Below, piece after piece: positions 34,001 to 48,150 of a stretch of 64,000 bases of DNA. The position numbers and the translations under genes were made by a program. The DNA is from Monocercomonoides exilis PA203. Its lineage: Eukaryota > Protista > Preaxostyla. The notes below the pieces were generated by a model. It had not been told where the DNA came from. It made no database searches and saw only the letters and a list, made by a program, of their open reading frames with translations. The stretch spans positions 806,001 to 870,000 of the forward strand of contig LSRY02000007.1 in NCBI GenBank assembly GCA_001643675.2, in the 5' to 3' direction. Each line of letters opens with the position of its first letter. The stretch's first letter is position 1.

Positions 34001-37000
34001 CTAGCTCTGCTGCTTCTTCTTCTTCTAATTCTTCCTCGTCTTCTTCGTTGGATCATCGCTCTTCTCACTTCACACAAAGCATTTCCCCTCTTTCCTCTTC
34101 CTCCTCCAAAACACTCAAAACTTCCTCTTCCTCTTCTTCCACCTCTTCTTCTTCATTCTCTTCCTTCAACCCTTCCTCCTCCTCTTCCTCTTCCCTCGCC
34201 TCTCGTTCTCTCCTCCGCTCCACTGCCGCTTTTATGATCTCTGCTGCCAACAACGCCCGCTCAGCTGCTCAGATGATGATGTCAGCCAACGCCAACCTCA
34301 CCCCTCTCCTCTTCCCCGCATCTCCAGTCATCAACCAGTTCTCCTCTCAAACACAAGCCCCGCTGCTCAATCCACAGGCTTCTGCGGGATTCACAAAGAA
34401 CTCACTCATTTCGGTGCTTTCTGCAACTCCAGCGTCGCCCACTTTTGCTCTTTCTTCTTTCGCTTCTCTGTCTCGTCATTCACCCTCTCAGAACAGACTG
34501 TTTGTTTCTTCTTCTTCTTCACTCGCTGCTAATCAGTCTGCTGCGTCTATTGCCATGTCCACACCCATCCCTTCCACTTCTCCATCTGCCACAGGTGCTC
34601 ACCCGAATCTACCCTCTTCTTCTTCTTCTTCCTCCGCCTCCTCCTCTTCTTCAGGCTCCTCCCTCCACACCTCCATCTCCATGCTCTCCCCTTCCTCTCT
34701 CTCTGCCTCCCCCGGCTCCTCCTTCAACCCTCCCTCGCTCGGCGTCACACCTTTGGACCCTTCTCTCTTCAACATGTCTATCGCTGCCTCTCTCTCTTCT
34801 CTGCAGCTGCGCCCTTCTGATCCTTTCTTCCCTTCCACCCCGTCGTCCATCCCGACCATCAGCTCACAGAGACAGCCACTCACTGCGTCTTATCCTGCAT
34901 TCGCATTCGGGCCTTCATCATCATCATCTTCCTCTTCTTCTTCCTCCTCCTCATCTTCTTCATCTTCCTCCTCTTCCTCCTTCACTTTCAACTCATTCTC
35001 CCTCAGCCAAGCCTGCCCTTCCCCCAACTCCCCGCTCCTGCACCCTCTTTCCTCCACTCTCCACAACACTGTCCGCTCTCTCCCTCCTTCTCTCCTCTCA
35101 GCCACTGCTGCCCCAACCTTCGTCGGCCCTCGTTCCCTCTTCCACCCACTCACTGACCCCACCCTCTTCTTCTGCACCGAAAGCCCCCGCGACGCTGTCT
35201 GCCCGCCCTGGTTCCGCTGCATGTCCCCCTCAGTCTCCCGCTGTGTGGATCAGAAGCTGGCGCTCGCATTCAACTTGCTCAGAGCTCCGCAGTTTGCGCA
35301 GGCGGTGAGGCCGATGATGCCGGAGATGACTGAGGAGATGCAGAAGATGCAAGAGGAGAAGCAGAGGGAGTCGCGGGAAGGTGAATGGAAAGCGGGGAAG
35401 AATTGGTGGGGAGGAGGGAAATTACAAGGAAAGATGGGGAAGTTTGGAGAAATGAATGAGAAGTGGGGGAGGAGTGGCACAATGGCAGATCGATATGATT
35501 GTATTTCTCCTTCTACTCCTTCTTTTCCAAACTCATCCTCCTCCTCCTCCTCCTCTTCCTCCTCCTCCTCTTCTTCTTCTTCATTCCTTCCTTTCTCCAC
35601 CGACAGCCCCACCCACTCGTCTTCCCACCCGTTCACCCACTCCATGTTCCCCTATGCTGTACACGAGGTCGACTTCCACTTCCTCTTCCCAACATACCTC
35701 TCTTTCCTCCTCAACGCCTGGGTTACTCACTTCGACTTCCTCTCCTCCCTCTTCGTCTGCGCCCTGATGCCTTCTTCGCCCACAGCCAACCTCGCAATCG
35801 TGATGCTCGGTGCTCTTGCTGACATTTCCCCCTTTGTGTTTGATGCAGAAACTGCCAGGGACATCCAGCAATGCACCCCCTTGCAGCTGCTTGCCACACA
35901 GCCACAGATCTCTCTCACTGATGTCTCTGTGCTCAGCCGGATGAGCTACGCCTCCCCAGTCACGCTCGCTGCTTTGCACAGCATCAGCACCTCTTCTTCT
36001 TTGCACGCCGCTTACCCACAGCACATCATCACTGCCTCTTCCTCCCTCGCTTATTACGCCTCCCTCAACTCCTCCTCTCTCCAGACACGTGCACAGGACG
36101 TCCTCAACAAGATGGGCCTCTATCTGACTGTCCCTGCCATCCCTAAGCCGTCAGTCAGTGCTTCTCCTTCCTCCTACTCCACTCACACATTCATCGCCAC
36201 GGCTGAAGAGCGCACGTGCCCTGCCCGCGCAGCCGTCGTGTTTGGGGAGAACCATCTGCGTAGGGACATTAAGCTTCCACCTGCTGCTTCTCCTTCTTCC
36301 TCTCTCCAGCTGATGTCCTTTGCCACTTCTTCTGCCACGGGGCCTGCTCCTCCGCCGCCTCAGGCAGCACTCGCAACGGCAGTGGCCTCTTACAACACAG
36401 CTGTCGCACTTCTCAGAGGAGAAGGGAATAATCCTTTTTCTTCGACTTCCTCCTCCTCCTCATCCTCCTCTTCTTCTTCCTCTCTTGCATCATCATCCTC
36501 ATCCTCATCGTTATCATCTCCTTTCTCTTCTATTTTAACCGACACCTCATCCAGGCCAGACATCGACAAGATTGTTGTGTCTTCGCTTTTCCCTCTCAGC
36601 GGCATCGCTCGCGAGCGGCCGGCGCATCTGCAAGCGATTGCCTCTCAGATGCACATCCAGGGCCTGTCTGCTGGAACAACAACCCCTTCTCCATTGAATG
36701 CCACATCTGGTTATTCTTCTTCTTCCTCTTCTTCCTCATCCTCATCCTCCTCTTCTTCTTCTCTTCAATCAAACGCCAAGCCCACACACAGTTACTCTCA
36801 TCTTTCAGGTGTTTCCTCCCCTTTCACAGGCTCCTTCTCTTCTCCTGCCACTTCACCTCCTCTGGCTGCCTCAATGTCTCCGCCGAGTCGCTCTCATCTT
36901 TCCACTTCACCTCCATCTTCCTCACACTTCAACCTCCCTTCTTCCATTGCTTCTCCTTCGCCTTCGCCTTCTCCTTCATCTTCTTCATCTTCATCCTCTT

Positions 37001-40000
37001 CCTCTTCCTCTTCTTCTGCTGCTCTGAATCAAATACAACCACAAGCACAGCCTCATTCAAAGACGCATTCTCATCTCAGACAATCACACAAAGCATCTCC
37101 TCTCTCTTCCACAGCCACATCCTCTGCATCTCCTTCATCTCCTCCTTCAACATCATCATCTCCTTCTCCTCCTTCTTCTTCTTCCAAATATTCACCTGAT
37201 TTACAATCAAACGCATTGACTGAAACTCAACCTTCTGTTAATTACACACAAAATGATGCAAAAGGAGCCAGAAATCATTCACACACGCCATCTCCCTCAC
37301 GTTCACCAGAACCAACCATATCTACCAACAAACAACAAACATCATCATCATCTTCTTCTCCTTCTCCTTCACGTTCACCTTCTCCTTCTTCTTCTCCTGC
37401 TGCCCCATCCTCTTCCTCCTCATCCCAATCACTACCTCCGATTCAACCTCTCCCTCTTGCCCTACCTGCTGTTGTGTATCGTTCCATAGCGCAGCGTCTG
37501 CTGGATGCGGTTGAGACAGAAGTGGCCTATGGCGAGTGCGACCTCCTTTCCGACGACGAGCAGCCGATGAGCGACGAGGAAGACGCCTTCATCGAGCGGA
37601 AGATGGGGCTGGAGAGAGGCAGAGAGAAAGACCGTGACAGAGACAGAGACAGGGACAGAGATAGGGATAGAGACAGAGACAGAGACGAAGGCACTGAGAA
37701 CTCGGTGACGATCATCGACATCGACTACGGCATCATGGACGATGACGACCCGCAGTGGGTGTTCATCCAGGCCGGTGCTGCTTCTGGCACAGGCTCCGGC
37801 TCCGGCTCTGGTTCTGGCTCTACTGCTACAGGCTCTTCTTCTTCCTCCTCTCTCGAGATGGCAGCGAGTGGGGCATTCCCTGCTGCCTCGTCCTCTGTCA
37901 AGTCTGACAACAACTTCCGCTCCCACTCGCCGTCCAGCCGCGGGTCTGTCACACCCCCCAACCGCTTCTCTTCCCATTCGCCTCGTTTTTTCAATGCAGA
38001 TGCTGTTTTGTCACACGACCCGCTCCCGCCGATTGTCGAGTTCCTCTCCACAGAAAGACAGCTGCTCTCTCTCTCGCACTTCAGCCTCTTAAACACTCGC
38101 TCGGCTGATTTATACCTCAACCGCTCACTTTATCTCCTCGACCCCAAACAGAAAGAGCTGCCGCACTTTCAGCACAACGGGGGAGGAGGAGGAGGGAATG
38201 CTGTGCCTTCTTCGTACAATCCTCTTCCTCTGCCCAACAGAGCCACGCCATTTTCTGACCCCTTTTCATCCACTCTGTCTTCTGTTGATGCGCCTGCCCC
38301 GCTTTCACACTGGGTTGCACCGCCACATCCTTCCTCTTCTGTCTTCATCACCTCCAATCCAGTCACTGGTAGCCACACATCCAGCTCTTATTCTCTCCCT
38401 CCGCACTCCCTCCCGTCCTCTGCTGACCTCTTCTCCTGCTCCTACGTGCCTCCTCTGTCTGTTTTGCACGATGAAGCACTCCCTCTTTCGAAACTGTATG
38501 GCATCAACGAGCAGTTCATGATCTCCCTCTACACATCCTCCCGCTGCCCGCCCGTCACCCCGTTTTCTGGCGAGATGCTGTCTGTCGCTGCGGCACCTGC
38601 TTCCTCAGCGCTGCTTCCGTTCTCTTCTTCCATCCAGCCAGCTGCCATGAGCCCCTCTGAAGCATCAGGTGTGTGGAGCCCTCTGTCTTCTCCTCTGCAG
38701 TCACATGCTTCGAATAGATCTCCATCACCAGTGGTGGATCTGATGTCCCCCGTCGCTTCTGCCTCGTCCTCGCCTTCTCCAATTCCCATGGGCGGCTTCT
38801 CGGCACTCAACCCAGCTTCTTCCACTTCGTCATCTTCTCCTTCCAACTCTCTCTATACGAGGCAAATGCAGTCACCTGATGTGTTTTTATCGTCTTCGAA
38901 CTTAACCTCTCCGATGCGCCTGGCCATTGTCAACCACTACAGACAGATCATCCTTGCTGATGTTGACTCCTTCGCCTCTCTTTGGCACACCCTCCGCCTT
39001 CTCCCTTTCTCTAAACAAGACCCATTACTCATCAAAGAATTCCTCATCTCATCCACAGCATCACCTTCTGTGTTCTTAGCATTGAAGGAGCAGGAGTTCT
39101 TTTCGCATTTGCTCAGCCTCTTCTCCCTCAGCCCTGATTCTTTCTCAGACAACTCAGAGCTGTTACCAATGGACGCTTCCTTTGCCTCTTCAAACGGATC
39201 ATCCGATTCATCTTCTCTGCGATCGAATGGAGGAAATGTTCCACTTGATATGAACACACACACAGGAGCCGAATACAACTCATCAATGAAGCAGCAGCAG
39301 ATGCAGCGCCCGTTCTTCTCTCTGTTTGGGATGCCGTGGGATGAAGAAAGTTGGAAGTGGGGCGATGTTGGGAGACATCTTGTTTGGGCGCTGATTAATT
39401 CCCCCGATGAGCTGGACTACCACATGCTGCTGCTGGCTTTGTCAGATGTGGCAAACAAGCTGTTTGAAGAGCTGGAGAATGAGAGGGTATGGCGTGAGTA
39501 TCAGGTGAAGAAGAGCATCTTTGCCGCACATGCGCTGCTGAAGGCGAGGGAGGAGAAGCAGCTGGGCTGTCTGGCTGGGTTGAGGGGGATGAGAGGAAGA
39601 GCAGGCAACGCTGCTGCCTCTCGCTGGAAGTATGCGCATTCATCTGCGATGGGCTTATCCTCATCGTCGTCGGCTTCTTCTGATGACACGTCTGTCTCGT
39701 CTGCGGGAATCAGCTACAAGTCCCATTCACACAAGGGAGTCTCCAAGAAGCAGAACGAGAGTGCACTTTACTCTTCTTTTGCAGTAGAAAAAATGGCTTC
39801 TTCTCCAACTCGACTCCGCGATGGCAGCAAATCTTCAGAAGGTGACAATCGTTTGGCATCATCTTCAGCACAAAACAGCGATCCAGCCGTTCAATTAGCC
39901 AACATCGATAACCGCTCTGCTTCTCAAGGCCTCACAACGAGAACCGACACATATGCCTCCACGGCCCATCCACATATCGACTCAGCCCTGCCCAGCAACT

Positions 40001-43000
40001 GGGAAGCCCAGCAGCATCCACCTCAAATACAAGTATCTCAAGACCACGGCGTCTCCTTTGCGATACACGAGCAGAGCGGAACACCTCATTCGGACTTGTC
40101 ATTTCTGCATCAGATGGCTCGTGCTCAGCAGTCTGCGCTTCCACCACTGTCGTCTCCCCTGCAGAATGCGATGGGGAACGGAATGAACATTGGAAGTGTT
40201 GAAGCTCTTAGAGATGAAGCTGGCGTTGCTGGCTTCTCAGACACAGGCTCTCTTTCATCTGACCACTCTGCATCTCTGAGGCAGCACATGAACAGCGACG
40301 ATGAAGGCAGAGAAGAGCGGAGAAAGAAGAAGAAGAAGAAGAAGAAAGCGAAGGATGCCACCTCGTCGCCTATTGGTGCCTTCTACGACGCCTCCACCGA
40401 CCCTCCAATGGTGGACTCATCCAGATACCAGACACACTCCATCACACACCAGTCACCTCTCACACGCCACTCACACCATTCAAATCACTCACATCACTCA
40501 CATCACTCACATCACTCACATCACTCACATCACTCATTTCACCATTCACAGGGCGACAATCACACTTCCTTCAAAGCCGAGCAAGAAGCAGACGAGCCAC
40601 TCGAGGAGCCTGCAGAAGAACCTCCGGAGTATCCAATTTCTCCGCCGAATGCGGACGGAGAAAAGCTGTTTGAGACAGACCCGAAGAAAGACCGGCCGCG
40701 TGTTATTTCTCCGAGGCTGTTTTCATCGAGTGCTCTACGCACGACGATGACGCAGTGTGTGCTGCAGATCATGGGAATGCTCACCTTCTGTGACAAGGGC
40801 GCCAAGTTGTTTGAGCTGCTCCTCTTCGACGAGGCTGAGGCAGTGCAGGCGCAGCTGGAGGCGCAGAGGGGGAGCGACGACCCGCTGCTGGAGAAGGATG
40901 CAGAGGCATCCATGCTGATCATGGCGAGCGATCCGCTGGGAGGTGCTGGGCTGGAGAAGACGGCCCCCTTCCGCCCGTCTCTGCTGCAGACGATGCCGTC
41001 GGACTTCGACAGCAACGCCACGCTCTTCACACAGCTGCCACGGAACCTGTTTTACTACTTCTCTGTGAGACAGGACATTTTGCTCATCCTCCTCCCGTCC
41101 ATCTCATACTCCTGTGCGCTTTCACAGCGCATACTCCTTTTCGCCTCAACATTGCAGACCTTTCGGGTGGGATTGCTTGTTCTGCGTATTCTGCGCGCTC
41201 TCTTCTGCCTCTCTCCTTATTCCCCTTCCTCTTCCCCATTGCCTGATCTCCAGTCACTCCAGCAGTTCCCCACGTCTTCCATGCCTATCGACTGGCGGAT
41301 GGCAGTTGTAGCCAATCTCCTTCGACATCCTTCCCCTTTCATCGCAGACACTGCCTTGTCTCTCCTCCAGGACTTATCAGAATCCCCTCTTCTTTTGCAC
41401 TCTTTCCTCCACGTGCCCAACGGACCCCCACCCGTTCTCTTCCTCTCTGGTGCGAGTGATGTGCTGTTCCTGCGGCTCCTCCGCATCGACGGCGGGTTCC
41501 GCTATCTGCTGCCCTCTGCCTGGTTCCTGTCGCGCGCCACGTACTGGCTGTGGCAAGGAAGTGTGAACTATCTCCTCCGCACTGAGTACAGAAGAGACGC
41601 CAACGACGTCCTGAAGCAGCAGAAGAACTTCGACTGGCTGAGGCAGCCGGAGATTTCAGAGATTAATGCGCTGCTTCAGTCATCGGCTGCAGCCACATCT
41701 ACCACAACTACTCCAGTTATGTCCACACCACAGTCACCCCTTTCGTCGCCTAATCTGTCTACTGCTTTTCCAAATGCTATGTCGTCATCTTCTTCATCAT
41801 CATCGTATTATCCTTCTTCTTCTTCTTCCTCTTCCTCTTCTTCTTCCACTTCATCTGCTTTCTCTCTCTCTGCCTCGACAACTTCTTCCGCTGCTTCGTC
41901 CAGTGACTCCATCTCCACATCAACAAGAGGAACACAAAAATCTCCTCTTTTCGGGACATCCGACTTCGCAGCGCAGAAGAGGCGTGTGCTGAAGATGCTT
42001 CCATCACTCCAACAAGGTCCCACGGGTGTTATGCAAAAACAGCTCCTTCGTTTGGAGGAGAAGCTGTTGTATGTCGAAGAGTCGCTGTGTCTGCACAGCA
42101 TCGCCCTGCCGCACTTCTTTGGGTGCCTGGCGTCGACTGACGAAGGGATGGAGTTCCTGCGCGAGTGGGGCGTGCTGAAGGACTACTTTGCAGCTCTGCG
42201 GTCGCCTTCCACGCATCCTCTCCTGCGCCGTGCGATTGTGTGGATCTTTGCGCATGTTGCGTGCACACGAGCTGGCGCGTGTGTGTTGGACGAGTTCGGT
42301 CTCATCCCGTTTCTCTGCTCCATTGCTGAAGAGGACCCCCATCTCCCACTGAGAGGCACAGCGGTGCTGGCGCTGTCGATGATGATGGGCTCCGACGGGC
42401 CAGAGGCGCCTGTTGCAGTGCGGCTGTCACGTGATCTGCACGACAGGTGGATGGACAGGACTTACCCGAGGCTCATTTCAGCAGCGGTGCGTGGGGAGCA
42501 GCTGCCGTCGTGGAAGCACCAGAAAGCGGGGGATGGGTGTGAGGAGAGGCAAAATGGACATGTTTGGCAGAAGAGCGAGTGGGGAGATGAATATGACGAG
42601 CAGAAAGGGCAGATGTTTCAGGAAGAATGGAATAATCATTGTCAGCAGCAACAGCAGCAGCAGCAACAACAATTTGCTCAAAGCCAAATGCTGGCGCTGA
42701 AATCGAAGCTGAATATGAGGCAAGGGAAGAGGGAGCGCATGACACAGTTCCCTGCAGAATTTGAGGAAGAGATAGAAATACCGATTGTTCCTCGTCTTTC
42801 CACCAAGCATTCCAGCTGGTGTCTGCCAATGAACCACTCAAACGGAATCGCCTTCCCAAAGAATTATCGCAAGCTTTTCCGATTTGTATGCAACAAAACT
42901 GTTTTTATTGAAAAGAAGCAAAAATTATTTTATTTATTTTATTTTATTTTATTTTATTTTATTTTATTTATTTATTTTTCATTTTTCCTACTCTTTTTCA

Positions 43001-43663
43001 AATATCAATATCAATTTTTGTTTTGAACGCTTTTTATTCATTCTATTTAATAAACTGTTAATTGAAACGTTTTCTCTCTCTTTCATTTTCATTCTTCTGT
43101 CGTTCTTTGCATTTTATGAATTTTAAATCACATTTCTTTCTTTCTTTCTTTTTTAATGCTTGTATCGATTTTCCAGAAATTACACGAAATCGCTTCAACA
43201 GAAAGTGTGTGGGCGAATTTTGATATGAGCCAAATGGCACAAGACCCAAAAGACGCCGTTGTTCGCACGTTTGATCTGCTCTATTCACTCACACGCCCTG
43301 CTGCCCAGATGCTGCTTGTGAGGCGTGTTCAAAGAAATTTAGTCTCGCTTATTTTTACAATTTTCTTTCTTTCTTTCTTTCTCTTTCTCTTTCTTTTAAT
43401 GTTGCAATTGCTTCGTGTCCAGACCTCATTTTGATCCTGTATTCAAAGATGTGTCAATGTACTTCGTGTTTAACGCTGTGTTTTCGCACTATCCGTTTCC
43501 TCTCGAAATTAAGCACTTTATCTTATCCAAGTTTAAGCTGAACGCAGCAAAAGCAGAAGAATTTGAGTGGTGCGATGCTCATCGCATCGGAAATATTGTT
43601 TACACCAGAAAAGATACAGAAATGAAAAAGAAAAGAATGAAAGATAAATTTGAAGTTGAATAA
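31044..43663 (+). CDS. RICTOR: Rictor/Avo3/PiaA (TORC2 scaffold) homologue, ~4,000 aa, with an ~11-kb central exon
   Basis: Rictor-type blocks LFLRLLRIDGGFRYL, LPHFFGCLASTDEGMEFL, LRRAIVWIFAHVACTRAGACVL..LCSIAEEDPHLPLRGTAVLALSMM and C-terminal F....MY..FNAVFSHYPFPLEIKHFILSKF; four small 5' exons from ATG 31044 and two small 3' exons ending at TAA 43661-43663. Confidence 0.8.
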
Positions 43664-44436
43664 CTAACAGAGAAAAATGAAATATTGTTACATCAAAGGA
43701 AAAATATATAACCGCAAAAGCCGAGGTTTTAAAGTTATGCTATGGCTCACTTTTGATTTGTATCTTCTTGGATTTTAAGATATTTTCTTAAATATTGTAT
43801 TTTTTTCTTTTTTCTTAAAATAGCTTTTATTTCATGATACAAAAAATGATTATCTATCGAATAATGTACTTAAATGGTAATAAAGAAAATACGTTGAAAC
43901 AGTTCTTCATAAATATTTCCATAAGACCTGAAAATAAAAACTTTTTTCAGAATTTCCGCAGAATAACATATGGTGCAATTTTTTGCATTTGTGAAAAAGA
44001 CAATGATTTGTTCCAAACTATTTCTGTAATTTTATCAAAAGAAGTCTTTCATTCTCATTGAGAAAAAAACATAGAATTGCAATAAAATGAGAAAAAATTT
44101 TGAAAATAAAGTGGGAACAAAATTCAAAGGGCAAAAAAAATCTGAACCTATATTAATCTGAAAAAAATATATAACTTTTAAAAAATTATATCTTTTTTGA
44201 AATTTTTGATCAATAATTGTTTTTGAGATTGTTAAATAATGATAAGGGCAAAGGATTTGGAACAAGTATTCATTGTTTTGTTAATGCTCATCCTTTTCTT
44301 AATAGCTTTTTTGGTTTTTAAAAATATTGTAATTTTTGAATGCAAATGATTGATGATTGAATTGTGTGATTGAAACAACGTAGGCTTCTCTGATTGAAAC
44401 ATTCAAAGGCATGCATTTTCAATTGATTGTTAATGG

Positions 44437-45926
44437 ATGATGATATGCTTTGCTTCTAATTTAGAAACATTTTCTCAGCTTTGTCAATGCGACAATGATG
44501 AGCAAAAACAAAAAATAGAGTTATTGGATAAAGTGATGGATAAGATGGATGAAAAAGAATTGGAGGCATCCATCTCAACAGAAGTTTACGATAAAATTAA
44601 TGATATGATAAATGGAAAATCTTTTTCAGAAGAAAACATAATTCTGTTGCTGAAGCATTTGGGATATTGGAAAAATTTTTACACAATAATAACTCATAAT
44701 TTTAATGCATCCAGGTTGAGTAAAACACTTTGGAATTTAATGATACCTGAAATCGGTAAATTCGAAGTGAATCAGAAGCATATTGATTTTTGTGAATGCT
44801 TTTTAATTCTTACTGATTCTTTCTATCATGACATGGAAGGCTTTTATGAAATTTTCATGCCTCGCATTCTGAAAATTGCATTGGAGAAAAAGGAAAGCAT
44901 GGAAAAGCAAAAAGAAGTGGAAATAGCATTATTGGCTTTGAACAAAATTGGGCAGTACTCGGTGTGCATATTTTTTAATTTGTTCTGTTTCTTTTTTTGA
45001 TTATTTCTTCCAATTAAAAATAGGAAATAGAGAAAAGACTTTACCTGGATGAAATCAAAGAAATTATCAAATATCATCAAAAGCATCAAAATCTGACGCG
45101 GCTTGCATATCATTCTGCTTGGAGCTTTATGATAGACAGATACAGAAATGATAAAAGTATTGAAAGAGTGGTTGTTAACGAACTGCAGTTTTTCAAAGAA
45201 GCATTTAGAGAATTGGAAACTCTGAAACAATGTGTGGATTGGAAGAAAAAAGAGAAAGGAAGATTGAAAACAGAAGAAGAGATTCTTATGATGAGATGGA
45301 TATGTGAAATAAAAGCATGTTTAATGAACGGCACATGGAAGACAGATATGTTTAATGATATGGTTACTTTCGCTGTAAATATTTACAGACTGGCAAAAGA
45401 TAACCAAAGAGCAATTTTTGAAAATTGTATTTCAATTCTATTTATTATAATGTGCAATTTCAAAGTGAGAATTGGTGACCTGCCAAAAAACAAAGCTGTT
45501 GCTTTTGCTTTGGAGGAAATAACAGGAATTACTTTAGTTGAAGATGTTACAGAAATATGCCTCTCAATTTTTAACGATCTTCCAGAAATGATTGATAGAT
45601 ACAAATCAGATGTTATCCATGATTCAATAAGTATGTTGACTGAAAACTTGGAAAATTCTCTTTCAGAAATTGAAGATGAATACGAATATTTCAACCAAAT
45701 AAAACAAAAACTTGAGGCTATGAAATGCAATATTGCATCATGCTCGGACACGCTGAACAAAGAAAGAATTGAATTAACATGGAAAAGAATGAAAAGTGAG
45801 ATATTTGAAAAGTTGGAAGAAGAAGGGTATGAAGATTCAATTCTTTCATTTTACAGATTGCTTAAATGTGGAAAAACGAAATATCATAGTTTTGTTGATC
45901 CGTTAGATTTATTTTTTTTCAAGTAG
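44437..45926 (+). CDS. Member of a lineage-specific helical protein family (2 exons)
   Basis: Intron 44962-45023 (GTGTGC..TAG) joins ORFs 44437 and 45129 in frame; motifs DEQKQKIE, QKEVEIALLAL, EIIKYHQKHQNLTRLAYHSAW, FEKLEEEGYED; decayed paralogue at 4760-5385. Confidence 0.8.
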
Positions 45927-46654
45927 ATTTGGGATTTGCTATACTTTTGATAATTAGATCTTGTCTTGTCGTTTCTTTTATTTTCATTTCATTGATAAAT
46001 TGTGAAATAGCCTTTGTATTTAAAATATCATTTTTTCTCTCAATGAATGTTTTTGTTTGTATTTGATAATTAAAAAGGGAGAGAGATTTATCTTTTGCAT
46101 CCTGGCTAATTTTAATGGGATCAAGTTTGAACAAAATTTTCACTTTTTAATAGTAGTCCAATAACGGTGACAGTAAATTGCTTCGCGAATTTTCAGTTTT
46201 TTGACAAAAAATTATGAATGTTTTCGCTAATAATGAACTTCATCATTGAAAAATTCAAATAAACAAATTAACGAAGAAATAAAAAGGAACAATATTCTTC
46301 TTTGAGAAAAAATAATGAAGAAAATAATTATTAACTATTATCAAAACAGCGGTAATTGTTTATCAGCATTTCTTTAAAATTGTTCAATTTCCTTTTATTC
46401 AATTGAAGAGGCTGAAACAATAAATGAAACTTCTTTCTTGACAATTTTTCCAAATGAAATTAATTTCTATGACGTTCGCTCATTTAAAATCTACTCATCA
46501 ATTATCATCCAAGCTAAAGACGTTGACATGTATTAATTCAAGGTTGAAATGAAAAAAGTATAAGGAAGTGAAAAACTTTTGATGGAAAAAACTTAAATTT
46601 GAAGATTGAACCAGATTTCATGATTGAAAATCAACAACGGAGGAAATGACATGA

Positions 46655-47834
46655 TTATTTATCCTTTTTTGTTGGCCTATATACTCCCACAACGACAGCA
46701 TGGTCTCTTTCATAAGGTTCTAACGTAAGTTGCTCCAAAGGCTTAAGACCAGCTTCGGCCAGAGTACTTCTTTCCTTTGCGAACACGGCAGGAGCAGGTG
46801 AAACAGAATCGATGCAAGAAGCCTTGATGGAAATAACGTAATGTCCTCCATTCTTCAAGAAGTACTTTGCATTGATTTCAACAATACGTGCTTGATCAGG
46901 CTGTGCAACATCAGCAAAGATCACATCCACCATTGGTACAAGCATGCGATAGCGCTGAGGATAACGAGCATCTTCAATGATTGGAACAATATTTGCGCGC
47001 TTTTGTGCAAGTCCAAGCAAATCTCTTCCAACTCTCTGCGAAAATTCGACTGCATACACAACCCCAGTCTTAAAATTTTCCAATAAAAACATAATTTAAA
47101 AAATATTTAAATGAAGAAAAAAATATAAAAGAAAACAAACAGGTCCAACAATATCTGAACAATGAGAAACAGTTGTTCCAGAAGCGGCTCCAAGATATAG
47201 TAATTTACATCCTGGTTGGATATGGATATTACCAATTCCACCAATAACAGCTGCACCAAGTTTCGATCTATAAGGATTCCAAATTCTATATTCAGTTTTC
47301 CCACTTGCAGCTGTTTCATCCTACATGAATGAAATTGAAAAATGAACATATTATATATACAAATAAAGCATTTCTTGTTTTTTCAGCAAACATCAACAGA
47401 TATTCTTTTTTCTCCATATACAGATTCTCCTGGCAGCATGCTTTTTGTTGCAAGCGAATCTTCTTTTGAATGAGCAATATAAACACCTGGGAATCGCTCA
47501 TGTGGAGTGACAATAACTTTGCTTCCTCCTTTCATTCCTCCTTTTCCTTTTCCTCCTCTTGCTCCTCCTCTACCGCCTCCTCGACCGCCTCTACCTCCAC
47601 GGCCTCCACCTCTGCCACCGTCTCTACCTCTACCACCACCAAATCCACCTCTTCCTCCACCTCCACGACCTCCTCCACCAAATCCTCGTGATCCGCCTCC
47701 AAAACCTGAATAACACAATTAATCAAAAATATTTGCGTTTTATCAGAAATAAAACATCGCACAAAATTTATAACAAATTAATTAAATCTGTTTACAGTCT
47801 AAAAAGAGTTAAATAAACCTTGACCTCTATTCAT
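46655..47834 (-). CDS. FBL: Fibrillarin / Nop1 rRNA 2'-O-methyltransferase, 4 exons
   Basis: Exons 47834-47819, 47705-47392, 47320-47141, 47068-46655; RGG-rich GAR domain, [55 protein letters not shown]. Confidence 0.98.
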
Positions 47835-48150
47835 TTTCAAAATTATATTAATTGATCAGCATAAGTAAATTCGTTCTTTTTGTACTTACAGTCAAAGTTC
47901 AAAAAAATAGAATCAATAAATTCAATTGAGTGCATTGATAAAATTAATTAGATTAATAATAACAAATTTCAATTTTAACAAAAAATATAACAAAAATAAA
48001 TATAAAAATTGAAGTTGAGTGAAACATTATCATGGATATATTGAACAAATAGCTTTACAAAATATATTCAAACACACTAAAAGTTTTAAATTAAAACTAA
48101 TAAATAATAAATAATATTGTTGATTTTTTCTTTTCTTTTTTTTAGCTTTT

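Noticed and set aside
33691-42101. Many antisense and alternate-frame ORFs rich in Glu/Arg/Leu over the Rictor exon (likewise over 48.9-50.6 kb)
   Set aside because: Shadows of (TCT/TCC/TCA)n Ser codons, which lack stops in other frames; no independent coding signal.
46190-46250. Possible box C/D snoRNA (ATGATGA...CTGA on the minus strand) downstream of fibrillarin
   Set aside because: Too short, with no convincing terminal stem or recognisable rRNA guide; such motifs are expected by chance in AT-rich DNA.
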